A stretch of DNA of 52,356 nucleotides, taken from an uncultured bacterium. Lineage in GTDB: Bacteria > JAJVIF01 > JAPKYR01. The stretch covers positions 1 through 52,356 of the forward strand of contig CBDURU010000013.1 of assembly GCA_965369865.1 (NCBI GenBank), read 5' to 3'. Below, piece after piece: positions 1 through 9,873 of this stretch; position 1 is the stretch's first letter; each line of letters starts with the position of its first letter. The position numbers and the translations under genes are program-made. The notes beneath the pieces are model-generated. The model did not search any database and had not been told where the DNA came from. It saw only the letters and a list, made by a program, of their open reading frames with translations.

Positions 1-86
1 TTGCCATCCCTCCGAAGGGGGGATTATAGGGGGGGTCTTTTTCTTCACTCTCCTCACCTATCCAACATTTTCTAAGCCAATAACTA

Positions 87-226
87 ACCCCCCCTGTAGT
101 CCCCCCCATGGGGGGACTGTGTATTTGCCATCCCTCCCATAGGAAGGGACTTTGTGGAAACCGTCCTCCCATAGGGTTTGGTGAAGGTAAACACCATCCC
201 CCCGAAGGGGGGATTACAGGGGGGGT
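87..226. repeat. REP/MITE-like element with ~20-bp terminal inverted repeats; a further right-end copy lies at 1-36
   Basis: 87-107 (ACCCCCCCTGTAGTCCCCCCC) is the near reverse complement of 207-226 (GGGGGGATTACAGGGGGGGT). 17-36 is a near-identical copy of the latter. TTGCCATCCCTCC occurs at 1 and 125. Confidence 0.7.
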
Positions 227-257
227 CCTTTTTTCCGCTTCCATCCAAATTCGCAAT

Positions 258-656
258 TCAATCGAAATTCTCCCAGTCGTTACGCAGAACGATCCACCAT
301 ATAGCAAGCCTGATACACGCAAAAATCAACAACCTGTTAATCGGAAATCCAGCGCTCCAGGTTATTATCAATCCTGCTATAGTCAATGCAACAATGCCGT
401 AAATTCCCCATCGCTTCCACATCCATAAACCAGTTAAACATCCAAGTTCAAGAAAACTCATAAAAATTATGACGGGAAACCACCACGTCGGGAATGTTCT
501 ACTAAGGATGAGGAAATGAATCAATGGATTCCTGAAGCGTCCTATTTCCTGAAACAGGCTTACGACTACGACAACGGTTGAAAGGGCCAACCATCCGTTG
601 AGTAAAGGGGACCGCTCCCTGTGAAATCTGCCCTTGCCGATTTTTTTCTGAAACAT
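258..656 (-). CDS. Small integral membrane protein, paralog of 690..1097
   Basis: 132-aa ORF with ~4 hydrophobic segments. GLWMWKRWGIYG matches GLWMWQRWGFYG of the neighbour. Confidence 0.75.
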   Translation of the reverse strand: MFQKKIGKGRFHRERSPLLNGWLALSTVVVVVSLFQEIGRFRNPLIHFLILSRTFPTWWFPVIIFMSFLELGCLTGLWMWKRWGIYGIVALTIAGLIITWSAGFPINRLLIFACIRLAIWWIVLRNDWENFD

Positions 657-689
657 TTGAAGTCCTGAAATAACCGCATGGAATTTAAA

Positions 690-1097
690 TCACTCAAAGC
701 TGTCCCAGTACGGGCTTATTACGAGCCACCAGATTCCCAGATGGATTAACGAACCTATGATGCCATAGATTATGGGAATTCCTACCATGGCCCCAACCAC
801 GGTTTCGATAACTGCAATCACCACAAACCCGTAGAACCCCCATCTCTGCCACATCCATAAACCAACCACACAAATAAGCCGGACGAAATTCAAAAAACCG
901 GCCAACATGAAATACCACTGGGGGACGTTGCCAAAGAAAACGCTGAGCACCTCCATCGATTCACGATCCGGCACGCATCCACTGAACAGGCTGAGTATTC
1001 CCCCGAGAGTGGCCAGGATCAGCATGATCCAGAGGCATCCGCCACGTTCCCTGTGTGGTTTGTATTGATGTCCGTAGCCGTAGTCCTGACGGTACAT
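690..1097 (-). CDS. Small integral membrane protein, paralog of 258..656
   Basis: ATG at 1097 preceded by GGAGGTG RBS. Hydrophobic helices; RERGGCL N-terminus and W-D-S-F-E end parallel the neighbour's RERSPLL and W-E-N-F-D. Confidence 0.8.
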   Translation of the reverse strand: MYRQDYGYGHQYKPHRERGGCLWIMLILATLGGILSLFSGCVPDRESMEVLSVFFGNVPQWYFMLAGFLNFVRLICVVGLWMWQRWGFYGFVVIAVIETVVGAMVGIPIIYGIIGSLIHLGIWWLVISPYWDSFE

Positions 1098-1150
1098 GTG
1101 CACACCTCCCAAATTTTCCTGTAAATTAAATTAGAACTTACCTGCTATTT

Positions 1151-1612
1151 TCAAGTAACCGCTTCTTCTTCAAGCACCATCTGCTGTTTCCCAGCCATTG
1201 GCTCGAATTCCTCGTAGACAATCGCGCCGGTCGGGCAGAATCTCGCGCAAACCGGATCACCACCGCATAAATCGCACTTGAACACATAGCCCATATTTTT
1301 CGGGTCGGCGAGCATATTCCCGAACGGGCATCCCCCGACACAGCTCATGCACCCGATACATTTGTCGTAATTGATAAGAACCGCGCCAAGCTGCTCGTCC
1401 AATTCGATCGCGCCGGACGGACAGACCTTCATACATGCGGCATCTACACACTGGAGGCAAATCTCCGGAACCGTGAGATCATCTTCCGGATAGAAAATCG
1501 TCCGCACCCTTGTGTACGCCAGGCTGAACTCATTCGAATGGCTAAACGAGCAGGCCAGTTCGCAGATATGGCAATTGGTGCAGAGGTTCGGTTTAATCAC
1601 AAGCACTTTCAT
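1151..1612 (-). CDS. 4x[4Fe-4S] polyferredoxin (DmsB/HydN/CooF-like electron-transfer subunit)
   Basis: CTNCHICELAC, CLQCVDAACMKVCP, CIGCMSCVGGCP and KCDLCGGDPVCARFCP motifs. Start placed at MKVLVIKP to avoid overlap with the upstream gene. Confidence 0.9.
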   Translation of the reverse strand: MKVLVIKPNLCTNCHICELACSFSHSNEFSLAYTRVRTIFYPEDDLTVPEICLQCVDAACMKVCPSGAIELDEQLGAVLINYDKCIGCMSCVGGCPFGNMLADPKNMGYVFKCDLCGGDPVCARFCPTGAIVYEEFEPMAGKQQMVLEEEAVT

Positions 1613-1629
1613 GGTTATTTTCTCTCGAT

Positions 1630-2391
1630 TCAGATCAAAGACAGGTTTTTCTGTGTAGTCGCGACCAGCTTTCGTTTGCATTCATCACACAGGTCGAAAT
1701 AATCCTCAGGAACCGCACCTTTCTTAACCATCCTGTCCCTGTGAGCCCTGGTTGTGATCGGCTTGCCACACTCCACGCAGCAATGCATCTCAAATTCCCT
1801 ATCCCAGATAATGCGGTGTGTCAGTGTCTGGACAAGCGGAATATTATTAGTGGGACAAACATGCGCACACGCACCGCATCCGATGCAGTCCGGCGGCGGC
1901 TCCTTCAAAGGCTCGCTGATCTCCTTGATTACACCACGGTTGGCTGTGCCGATCGCGCTTAAACCTATCACCTCTTCGCACACTCTCACGCACAGTCCGC
2001 AGAGGATGCAGTTATCGCCGCCCTCCCTCGGCTCATAACTTGTCTCCTCTACGCCGTATTCCGCCGCGAGTTTGCGGATAACATCGGAGTTCGGACATCG
2101 GGCCAGCAGCAGATCGAGCACTGTCGCCCTCAACCTTCTGACTCGCGGCGTGTTTGTCCCGACAACAAGACCGTCCTGGACCGGGTACAGGCAGGCGGTC
2201 ACCCAGTCCTTCCAGCCCGGCCATTTGGGGTGCGAAATTTCAACCATGCAGAGACGGCAGGCGCCCGACGATTCTACGGATTCATGGTAACAGAGCGTCG
2301 GAATATCAATTCCCTTACGGTTGCACACTTCGAGGATCGTCTCCCCATCGCGGCACATCAATCGTTTTCCATCAATAATTATGTTTGGCAT
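1630..2391 (-). CDS. NuoG/HydA N-terminal-like Fe-S subunit (BfuA-like, no H-cluster)
   Basis: IPTLCYH..SGACRLCMVE..TAC [2Fe-2S] motif; CILCGLCVRVC and CIGCGACAHVCP [4Fe-4S] motifs; extra C-terminal CVECG..CDEC. Only 253 aa. Confidence 0.88.
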   Translation of the reverse strand: MPNIIIDGKRLMCRDGETILEVCNRKGIDIPTLCYHESVESSGACRLCMVEISHPKWPGWKDWVTACLYPVQDGLVVGTNTPRVRRLRATVLDLLLARCPNSDVIRKLAAEYGVEETSYEPREGGDNCILCGLCVRVCEEVIGLSAIGTANRGVIKEISEPLKEPPPDCIGCGACAHVCPTNNIPLVQTLTHRIIWDREFEMHCCVECGKPITTRAHRDRMVKKGAVPEDYFDLCDECKRKLVATTQKNLSLI

Positions 2392-4274
2392 TAACCGGTC
2401 ACCTCCCCGGCAATCTTCGCAGGCTCAACCTGGATGCAATCCACCGGGCAAATCTCCACGCAGGAACCGCACACGATGCATTTTACCTGGTCGAGGACAT
2501 GCAGCTTTTTCAATTCGCCGGCGATCGCATCGGTCGGGCAGACCTTCACGCATTTGCCGCAGCCGATGCAGTCGTCCTCGATAACAAGCCTTGTCAGCGG
2601 TTTGCATACACCCGCCCGGCAACGCCTGTCCTCGATGTGCTCGATATATTCATCCCGGAAGAATTTAATGGTCGACAGAACAGGATTCGGGGCTGATTTC
2701 CCGAGCGCGCAGAGGCTGGCGATTTTCACGTCCTCAGCCAGCCATTCAATTTTTTCAAGATCCTCTATCGTGCCGTGACCCTCAACAATTCTGTCATAGA
2801 GAGCCGTAAGCTGCTTAAGTCCCTCGCGGCACGGAACGCATTTTCCGCACGATTCCTCGAGAAGGAATTTCAGGAAATACCTTGCGATATCCACCATGCA
2901 TGTGCGCTCATCCATCACGATCATGCCGCCGGAACCCATCATGCTGCCCTGTTCGTCAAGGCGGTCGAAATCGACTTCCAGATCGAGAAGTTCAGCCGGG
3001 ATGCACCCTCCCGACGGCCCCCCTGTCTGAACAGCCTTGAACTCCCGGCCTTTATGAATCCCGCCGCCGATCCCGAAAATCAGGTCTCTCAGGGTGATGC
3101 CCATCGGGACCTCAACCAGCCCGGTGTTGATCACTCTTCCAACCAGCGCGAATGCTTTCGTGCCCTTTGATTTCTCCGTTCCGAACCGCGCGAACCATTC
3201 GCCGCCATTTTCGATAATAATGGGAACATTGACCCAGGTCTCGACATTGTTCAGCACAGTCGGAAGATCGTTAAGTCCCTTTTCGGTGGAATGAATATAT
3301 TTCGCTCTCGGCTCACCGACTTTCCCCGCGATCGACCTCATCAACGCCGATGATTCTCCGCACACGAAAGCCCCGCCGCCGCGTGAGATAGTTATGTCGA
3401 AATTCAATCCGCTTCCAAGAATATCCTCGCCAAGAAGCCCGGCTTCACGTAAAACCTCTATGGCATGTTGCAGCCGCTTAATGGCAAGCGGATACTCCTG
3501 ACGCACATAGATATAACCCTCATTGCACCCAATCGCGAAAGCGCCGATGATCATACCCTCCAGCACCCCGAAAGGATCACCCTCCATGATCGCGCAGTCC
3601 ATGAAAGCGCCGGGATCACCCTCATCACCATTACAGATAAGATAACGTACATCGCCCCCTGCATTAATGCAGCTGCGCCATTTACGGGCAGTGGGGAATC
3701 CACCACCGCCACGACCCCTCAGCCCGCTTTTTTCAACTTCATCAACTACGGCCCCGGACTCCATGCTCAGAGCCTTCGCCAGACCTGCAAAACCGCCGGC
3801 TGCAAGGTAATCATCAAGGGAGGTCGGATCCAAATGCCCGGTATTCCTTAGGGCGATTTTTGTCTGGTGCAGGTAGAATGGTATTTTTGGATATTCATCT
3901 ATATATTTCTTGCTCTCAGGATCGCGGTAGACCATCGACTTGATCACCTTTCCCCCAACAATGGTTTTCTCCACAATCTCCGGCACCTTACTGACTGACA
4001 CACGCTGGTACTGGAGGCCCGATGGTTCGAAAGTCAACAAAGGTCCCTGTTCGCAAAAACCGTGACAGCCAGTCTCTTTAACCACAACCTCCACTTTCAT
4101 ATCTATGCCGCGACTCTCCAGCTCCCGCCTTAACGCAACAATTACTTCACCTGAACCATTGGCGCGGCAACCGGGACCCGCACATACGAGAATGGTTTTC
4201 TTTACAGCAGATTCTGCCTTCTTGGCCTTCTCTATCTGTGTCTCAAGATCTTTCACACTCTTAAAGCGCATCAA
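2391..4274 (-). CDS. NADH/FMN-binding HydB/NuoF-like subunit (BfuB-like)
   Basis: [45 protein letters not shown]-terminal thioredoxin-like [2Fe-2S] domain ([10 protein letters not shown]) and C-terminal 2x[4Fe-4S]. Confidence 0.93.
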   Translation of the reverse strand: MMRFKSVKDLETQIEKAKKAESAVKKTILVCAGPGCRANGSGEVIVALRRELESRGIDMKVEVVVKETGCHGFCEQGPLLTFEPSGLQYQRVSVSKVPEIVEKTIVGGKVIKSMVYRDPESKKYIDEYPKIPFYLHQTKIALRNTGHLDPTSLDDYLAAGGFAGLAKALSMESGAVVDEVEKSGLRGRGGGGFPTARKWRSCINAGGDVRYLICNGDEGDPGAFMDCAIMEGDPFGVLEGMIIGAFAIGCNEGYIYVRQEYPLAIKRLQHAIEVLREAGLLGEDILGSGLNFDITISRGGGAFVCGESSALMRSIAGKVGEPRAKYIHSTEKGLNDLPTVLNNVETWVNVPIIIENGGEWFARFGTEKSKGTKAFALVGRVINTGLVEVPMGITLRDLIFGIGGGIHKGREFKAVQTGGPSGGCIPAELLDLEVDFDRLDEQGSMMGSGGMIVMDERTCMVDIARYFLKFLLEESCGKCVPCREGLKQLTALYDRIVEGHGTIEDLEKIEWLAEDVKIASLCALGKSAPNPVLSTIKFFRDEYIEHIEDRRCRAGVCKPLTRLVIEDDCIGCGKCVKVCPTDAIAGELKKLHVLDQVKCIVCGSCVEICPVDCIQVEPAKIAGEVTG

Positions 4275-4783
4275 ACATCGCCTCCCTCGAGTGCTTCGCC
4301 TGTGTCGGTTTCCATGGAGTCCGATCCAATTATCTCCTGAATCGTTGAAGGCGTGGCATTGCCGTAGTACTTGTCCTTAACCACAATAACCGGCGCCATG
4401 GCACAGGTTCCCACACAGTTGACGACTTCAAGAGTAAATTTCATATCTTCAGTGGTCTCTCTGGGCCCAATTCCCAGAAGCCTTTTGATTTCATCGATAT
4501 TCCGGTCCCCCCCACGAACATGACATGCCGTTCCCTTGCAGACCTTTATGATTTTCTTCCCGCGAGGTTCCAGGCTGAAACCCTTGTAAAAAGTCGCGAC
4601 CGCGTATACTTTCGCGATCGGGATCCCAAGATTTTCACTTACCCGCTTGAGCGCATCGCCGGGAAGGTAATTGTATTCAATTGAAACATCATGAAGGATC
4701 TCAATCAAGCTTGATTCAATCGGCGGATACTTCGCTGAGATATCATCAACCCTCGCTACAACCGATTCCCGCGTGATCGTCAT
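4271..4783 (-). CDS. HydC/NuoE-like [2Fe-2S] subunit (BfuC-like)
   Basis: [16 protein letters not shown] and [11 protein letters not shown] motifs. 4-nt overlaps with both neighbours. Confidence 0.93.
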   Translation of the reverse strand: MTITRESVVARVDDISAKYPPIESSLIEILHDVSIEYNYLPGDALKRVSENLGIPIAKVYAVATFYKGFSLEPRGKKIIKVCKGTACHVRGGDRNIDEIKRLLGIGPRETTEDMKFTLEVVNCVGTCAMAPVIVVKDKYYGNATPSTIQEIIGSDSMETDTGEALEGGDV

Positions 4784-5334
4784 ACCTTCACCTCCTGCGC
4801 TTTTCCGAGTTCGTACCCGCGGTTAAGGGCTTTCAGATTAAGGTCGATAATTTTATCCTTCCCCTCAAACTGATGTTCCATCCACCTGATAATTGCGTCC
4901 AGGGAACATACTTCCGTGATCGCGATATAGGCTCCGAGGATAACCATATTGGCGCACTTGTCCGACCCGATAGCCTGCGCTTCATCGTTGGCTGGAATAC
5001 GGACCTCGGTCACATCATTCCGACCAGTGCCGACATCGATCATGCTTGAATTGATGATTACCAGGCCGCCGGGTTTCACGCTTGAACCAAATCTGTCAAG
5101 GGATGGACGGTTCATCACAACAAGGGATGAGGGAGTATTGATTACCGGACTCGCGACCGGTTTATCGCTGACGACAACCGTGCAATTCGCGGTACCACCC
5201 CTCATCTCAGGTCCGTAACTTGGAAGCCAGCTAACTTCCTTACCCTCGTCCATGCTCGCCTCGGCCAGGAGTTTGCCGATAAGCATCAAACCCTGACCTC
5301 CGAAGCCAGCCATAACAACTTCAGTAAGCATCAC
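4780..5334 (-). CDS. 2-oxoacid:ferredoxin oxidoreductase gamma subunit
   Basis: [23 protein letters not shown] and ANMVILGA motifs. Confidence 0.93.
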   Translation of the reverse strand: MMLTEVVMAGFGGQGLMLIGKLLAEASMDEGKEVSWLPSYGPEMRGGTANCTVVVSDKPVASPVINTPSSLVVMNRPSLDRFGSSVKPGGLVIINSSMIDVGTGRNDVTEVRIPANDEAQAIGSDKCANMVILGAYIAITEVCSLDAIIRWMEHQFEGKDKIIDLNLKALNRGYELGKAQEVKV

Positions 5335-6113
5335 ATATCACCCCCGTCAATTTTCAATCCGCCGGGTAATGGGTCATCAGGAGTTTTGAATTCCTTAACG
5401 ACATAGTAGGGCATCATATCCGACGAGGCCCATTCGCATGCTTTTTTAGGATTCATTCCCCAGTTTGTCGGGCAGGTGGAAACAAACTCAACCAAGCTGA
5501 AACAGCGACCCTCGTTCTGGTAGCGAAATGCTTTTCTCACCGCCTGCTTGGCTTTTGGAATTCCCGCGGGGACATTCACATTCACCCGCACGATATAGGA
5601 AGGGGTGGTGAGATTGCTCAGAAGCTCGCACATACGAATCGGATATCCCGTGTGGCTGACATCCCTGCCGAACGGGCATGTGGACGCTCTCTGGTTGGGC
5701 ATTGTAGTAGGAGCCATCTGCCCGCCCGTCATCCCATAGATTGCGTTATTGACAAAAATCACAGTAAATTTTTCACCGCGATTCGCGGCATGAATTATTT
5801 CCGCCATACCGATGCTCGCGAGGTCTCCGTCGCCCTGGTAGGTGAAGACAATCAGGTCGGGTCGGCAGCGCTTGATCCCGGTCGCCATCGCTGGAGCACG
5901 ACCGTGCGCAGCTTCAGTGAAGTCGCAGTTGAAATAGTTATAAGCCAGGACAGCGCATCCCACCGGGGCAACACCGACAGTCCTCTCCCTCAGGTTCAAC
6001 TCGTCAAGCACTTCGGCGACAAGCCTGTGTGTGATTCCATGGGTGCATCCCGGGCAATAGTGCGTGGAAACATCGCGCATTGAGTCGGGTCGGCTGAAAA
6101 TAGTATTGATCAT
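5331..6113 (-). CDS. 2-oxoacid:ferredoxin oxidoreductase beta (TPP-binding) subunit
   Basis: [18 protein letters not shown] motif QGDGD...[17 protein letters not shown]. Confidence 0.93.
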   Translation of the reverse strand: MINTIFSRPDSMRDVSTHYCPGCTHGITHRLVAEVLDELNLRERTVGVAPVGCAVLAYNYFNCDFTEAAHGRAPAMATGIKRCRPDLIVFTYQGDGDLASIGMAEIIHAANRGEKFTVIFVNNAIYGMTGGQMAPTTMPNQRASTCPFGRDVSHTGYPIRMCELLSNLTTPSYIVRVNVNVPAGIPKAKQAVRKAFRYQNEGRCFSLVEFVSTCPTNWGMNPKKACEWASSDMMPYYVVKEFKTPDDPLPGGLKIDGGDM

Positions 6114-6121
6114 GGTTTCCC

Positions 6122-7177
6122 TCAGCTCTCAATCAATTTCAGGAATTCGTTTTTGACATCCTCAGGAGTCGGGACAATCCCGCCCTGGCGTCCGAAGAAC
6201 GCTACATCCCTACCGGGCGCAGACAGCCTGACATCATCGATCATCTGGCCGGTCGATAATTCGACACTGATGAGTTTCTCGGCTTTACTAACAGCTTCAC
6301 CGGCAGCTTCATATGCAAACGGGTAAAGGGTGATCGGGCGGAATAATCCGACCTCAATTCCTTCCCCTTTAAGTTCGTCGATGGCGGTTTTGGAGATGCG
6401 GGACATGGTTCCCCACGCGAAAGCCAGCAATTTCATTCCATCGGATACGTTGTATGTCTCAAAGCGCGTCTCTTCAGCTTCCATCTGCTTATATTTTTTC
6501 AACAGACGCTGGTTCATCGCTTCGAGTTGAATCGGATCAAGAAACAGGCTGGTGAGTATTCTCGGTTCGCGGTTTTTCGCGCCGGTCAATGCCCAGGGTT
6601 GTTCTTCGAAACTCGCGGGATCGATCATCTCCTTGAATTCAACAGGCTCCATCATCTGGCCGATTATGCCGTCGCCGATCACCATCACCGGGTTGGTGTA
6701 CTTGTCGGCGAGATCGAAGGCGAGGCCAACCAGGTCGGCCGCTTCCTGCACACTCGCCGGCGCCAGCGCGAGTATACGGAAATCGCCGTGCCCCATACCG
6801 CGTGTCGCCTGCCAGTAGTCACCCTGGCTTGGGAGAATTCCGCCAAGTCCGGGTCCTGCCCGAACGATATTTATTACCACAACGGGAATTTCGGTGGCCG
6901 CGATATAGCTTAGTCCTTCGCTCATCAGGCTAATCCCGGGTGAAGAGGACGAGGTGAAAACTCTCGTTCCGGTGCAGCCGGCGCCATAAATCATGTTACT
7001 CGCGGCAACCTCGCTTTCGGCCTGAATAAACTGACCGCCGACTTCGGAAAAACGCCTGGCGAGATACTCAGGCACCTCGCTCTGCGGTGTAATCGGATAA
7101 CCGAAGAAAAAGCGGCAGCCGGCACGTATCGCGGCCTCCCCGATAGCTTCATTACCTTTCATTAATACCCTTGACAT
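6122..7177 (-). CDS. 2-oxoacid:ferredoxin oxidoreductase alpha subunit (VorB / ketoisovalerate-type)
   Basis: [31 protein letters not shown] and GPGLGGI.PSQGDY motifs typical of the VorB-like group. Confidence 0.92.
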   Translation of the reverse strand: MSRVLMKGNEAIGEAAIRAGCRFFFGYPITPQSEVPEYLARRFSEVGGQFIQAESEVAASNMIYGAGCTGTRVFTSSSSPGISLMSEGLSYIAATEIPVVVINIVRAGPGLGGILPSQGDYWQATRGMGHGDFRILALAPASVQEAADLVGLAFDLADKYTNPVMVIGDGIIGQMMEPVEFKEMIDPASFEEQPWALTGAKNREPRILTSLFLDPIQLEAMNQRLLKKYKQMEAEETRFETYNVSDGMKLLAFAWGTMSRISKTAIDELKGEGIEVGLFRPITLYPFAYEAAGEAVSKAEKLISVELSTGQMIDDVRLSAPGRDVAFFGRQGGIVPTPEDVKNEFLKLIES

Positions 7178-7197
7178 CTTAGTAATCCTCCAATCCG

Positions 7198-7431
7198 TTA
7201 ATAATCGAACAGCACATAACGAGCTCCTTGAATCCCAACTTCAATCGCGATATCGGGGCAAGTGATCGCGCACATAGCGCACCCGATGCACCGTCCGGGG
7301 TCCTCAATGACCGCGTAAAAATAACCTTTTGTATTCAAGGATTTGCTCATCCCAAGGATTTCCTGGGGACAGGCATGCACGCAAAGCTCGCAACCTTTGC
7401 ATTTCTCCTTGTAAACCTTAATCATCGGCAT
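7198..7431 (-). CDS. 2x[4Fe-4S] ferredoxin, delta subunit of the oxidoreductase
   Basis: CKGCELCVHACP and CIGCAMCAITCPD; LNTKGY motif. Confidence 0.92.
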   Translation of the reverse strand: MPMIKVYKEKCKGCELCVHACPQEILGMSKSLNTKGYFYAVIEDPGRCIGCAMCAITCPDIAIEVGIQGARYVLFDY

Positions 7432-7464
7432 GGTAAGGCACCTCGCATAGTCCTGAAAGCCGAA

Positions 7465-8466
7465 TTATGCTTCATCGGAGTCCTTTTGTCCAATCGCTCT
7501 TGATTCCCCGCCATGCCGTCCCCGCACCTGCGCCTGCCGCCACGGCGGAAGCATGAACCTGTAAATCGGAAGCAATGGACAATCAAATTCATCCGCCCGA
7601 ATTCCCACGCCACTACCATCATCTATCAATCGACTTTCTACGGCAATCATCAACAGCGGAAGGCCGGTCTGTTCGCTCATTTCCTTCGTGAATTGATATC
7701 CCCTGCGGACCTCGTCCGGATCGGTCTCATCCATCAGGTGAGTGTTGGCGATCAATCCGCCGATTTTCAATCCGGCGGCGGATTCAAGTTCATTCAGAAC
7801 ACTCCTTGCACCCTCGATCTCGGATGTAAACGGACGATTGGCGTTCACCACCATCATTAAAGTGGTGTTGTCGACCGGAAAATCCTGGCTCAGATGACTC
7901 AGTACCCTTGCGCCAAGATCATCGCCTCCAACATCGAGGATGAGTTTACCATCGGTTCTTTTAATATGCCCCTTGACCTCCGGAAGGATAATGGGAAGAT
8001 CCGCCCAGAAATTCTCCCCACCGGGCATGACAACCTCCACACCAGCCAGGTTTAAAGGCTCGACCGCTTCGCGGCTTCTGAAATATGGATTGATAATATC
8101 GAGATCAATGACCCTGACCCTGCCCTCAAACGGATCATCGTCTTTTTGAGCCGCAAGTCCTAACTGCATGGCGAAATTAACAGCGACCTCAGTCTTGCCG
8201 CTACCGAAATTCCCGAGGAAACCGAGAATCCGTTTCAGAAGCAGATCATGAAGCTCAAGCCTCTGGTACACCGCGTTTATGGCTTCAGATCCACCAAGGG
8301 CGTGGCGTGCGTGAGTATATATGTGATGTTTCGCGACACCCAGTGGAATACCGGCATGCGCCTGTTTAAGATTTGACAATGGGTCGGGACGAGCGATTTC
8401 CTCATCCGGTTGTTCCGGTCCGGATGATTCCTCGCCATCATTGTTTTTCAACTCGGTTTCATCCAT
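7465..8466 (-). CDS. P-loop ATP-binding protein (MinD/CobQ-CbiA-like) heading the vor operon
   Basis: GNFGSGKTE Walker A; DLDIINPYFRSRE, DVGGDDLGARVL and NTHL motifs; acidic N-terminal extension. Confidence 0.8.
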   Translation of the reverse strand: MDETELKNNDGEESSGPEQPDEEIARPDPLSNLKQAHAGIPLGVAKHHIYTHARHALGGSEAINAVYQRLELHDLLLKRILGFLGNFGSGKTEVAVNFAMQLGLAAQKDDDPFEGRVRVIDLDIINPYFRSREAVEPLNLAGVEVVMPGGENFWADLPIILPEVKGHIKRTDGKLILDVGGDDLGARVLSHLSQDFPVDNTTLMMVVNANRPFTSEIEGARSVLNELESAAGLKIGGLIANTHLMDETDPDEVRRGYQFTKEMSEQTGLPLLMIAVESRLIDDGSGVGIRADEFDCPLLPIYRFMLPPWRQAQVRGRHGGESRAIGQKDSDEA

Positions 8467-8568
8467 TTAACTGCGGAGTGGTATCATACATCCGGGGAGT
8501 TAAGAGTTCCAGAAAAAAATCGATCCCGTGGTGTGGGAATCAAGCATGAGGCAGATAATCCGGTGGAT

Positions 8569-9783
8569 TCAATTTTTTCTTCGACTTTGTAACCAGATAT
8601 ATATTCTGACCATACGGCTGTTGAAGATCCATTCGCCCTTTACTTCGCCATGTCTCAGCACTTTAAGTTTTTTCATTCTCTGCAGGAAATTGTCGAACTT
8701 GCTTTTCTCAGCATTAGTGAGATCGGCATCAACCTCAGATTTAGTAAATGACATAGAAGGTCCTAGTTTTGCGATTTTTGAAAGGATAGAGTGATACGTC
8801 TTACTTCTGAGGGCTTTATATACCTGTTGATCTACGTATCTTTTCCCAACTTCATCTGCGGCAATAATCACTGATTGCAGGGCTTCTTTCTCATCTATTA
8901 CGCCATCCTTGTCCAGCCAATATGCAACATCACCTAAAAGGTGCATAATTTTCGGGAAACCAGCTGAGTAGTCTGTCAGAACATCCATCCCCGGTTTATC
9001 AACAGTCATCAGTACAGACTTAAAAGCCCGTTCGAAAAAATCCCTCATCTCAGGTTTGCTCATGGTTCCGATTTCCACAACATCGAAGATACGCTCCACA
9101 GGCTGGTGATGCCGGATCATTTCTCTGCGCTTTTCCTCTACTCCACAGAGAACAAGCAGCAAAGGCACAGATTCCTTCGACATAGCATTCGAATCAACCA
9201 GTCCCTTGATGAAATGCGCAAACTGGGAGTTTGAAGTGATACCGTTTATCTCATCAAAAACCAGGTAAACCCCCTTTACGCCAGTATCCTCCAGGCGTTT
9301 ATGAACCTCACCAAGAAAACCAAGCATGCCGGGGGGAGTTGACAACCTCGATGCATCATTTTTCAAGGCATCTGTTTTCACAGACACTCCGAACAATTCA
9401 ATTTTTTCAATATAATCACTTAACCAGTTCCGTATCCTCTCCATGCGATTGGCATCCAATGCACGAGTCATGAGAACAGACTGCATAACCGCTTCAGCCA
9501 TGGAGGACAGATCTGCACATCCGCCTAATGGAACATATATCGGATACAGACCGTATTTATTCTCAGCCCACCATTGAGTGAATTTAGCAACTGAACTTTT
9601 CCCGATTCCATATTCACCCTGGATAAACATTGCAATCGGTTTACCACCTGCTACCTGCCCCGCACCACGGGTCATAATCCGGTCAATCTGATCAGCACGC
9701 CCTGCGAAAAACTCAACCGGTACCGGTTGACCAGGATAAAACGGGCTTCCGCTTTTAGGAATCACAACCATATAATTCTCCAT
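8569..9783 (-). CDS. Stand-alone AAA+/STAND-like P-loop ATPase with probable C-terminal winged helix
   Basis: SPF.PG.PV...FAGR N-terminus, GEYGIGKSS (Walker A), LVFDEIN (Walker B), SAGFP (GxP). Confidence 0.82.
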   Translation of the reverse strand: MENYMVVIPKSGSPFYPGQPVPVEFFAGRADQIDRIMTRGAGQVAGGKPIAMFIQGEYGIGKSSVAKFTQWWAENKYGLYPIYVPLGGCADLSSMAEAVMQSVLMTRALDANRMERIRNWLSDYIEKIELFGVSVKTDALKNDASRLSTPPGMLGFLGEVHKRLEDTGVKGVYLVFDEINGITSNSQFAHFIKGLVDSNAMSKESVPLLLVLCGVEEKRREMIRHHQPVERIFDVVEIGTMSKPEMRDFFERAFKSVLMTVDKPGMDVLTDYSAGFPKIMHLLGDVAYWLDKDGVIDEKEALQSVIIAADEVGKRYVDQQVYKALRSKTYHSILSKIAKLGPSMSFTKSEVDADLTNAEKSKFDNFLQRMKKLKVLRHGEVKGEWIFNSRMVRIYIWLQSRRKN

Positions 9784-9873
9784 AAAATAAAGCTAAAACT
9801 GTTCACAAGCTTTATATGCCTGATATTGTAACCGCTTCCCGGATTAAAGTCGAACAATCGATTTCCTGTAAGA

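Noticed and set aside
108..428. Plus-strand ORFs over the initial repeats
   Set aside because: They derive from G/C-run repeats and the antisense of a membrane gene.
1630..4783. [FeFe]-hydrogenase or complex I nuoEFG
   Set aside because: No H-cluster motifs (TSCCP, MPC, EVMACPGGC) and no other nuo genes, so no gene symbols were assigned.
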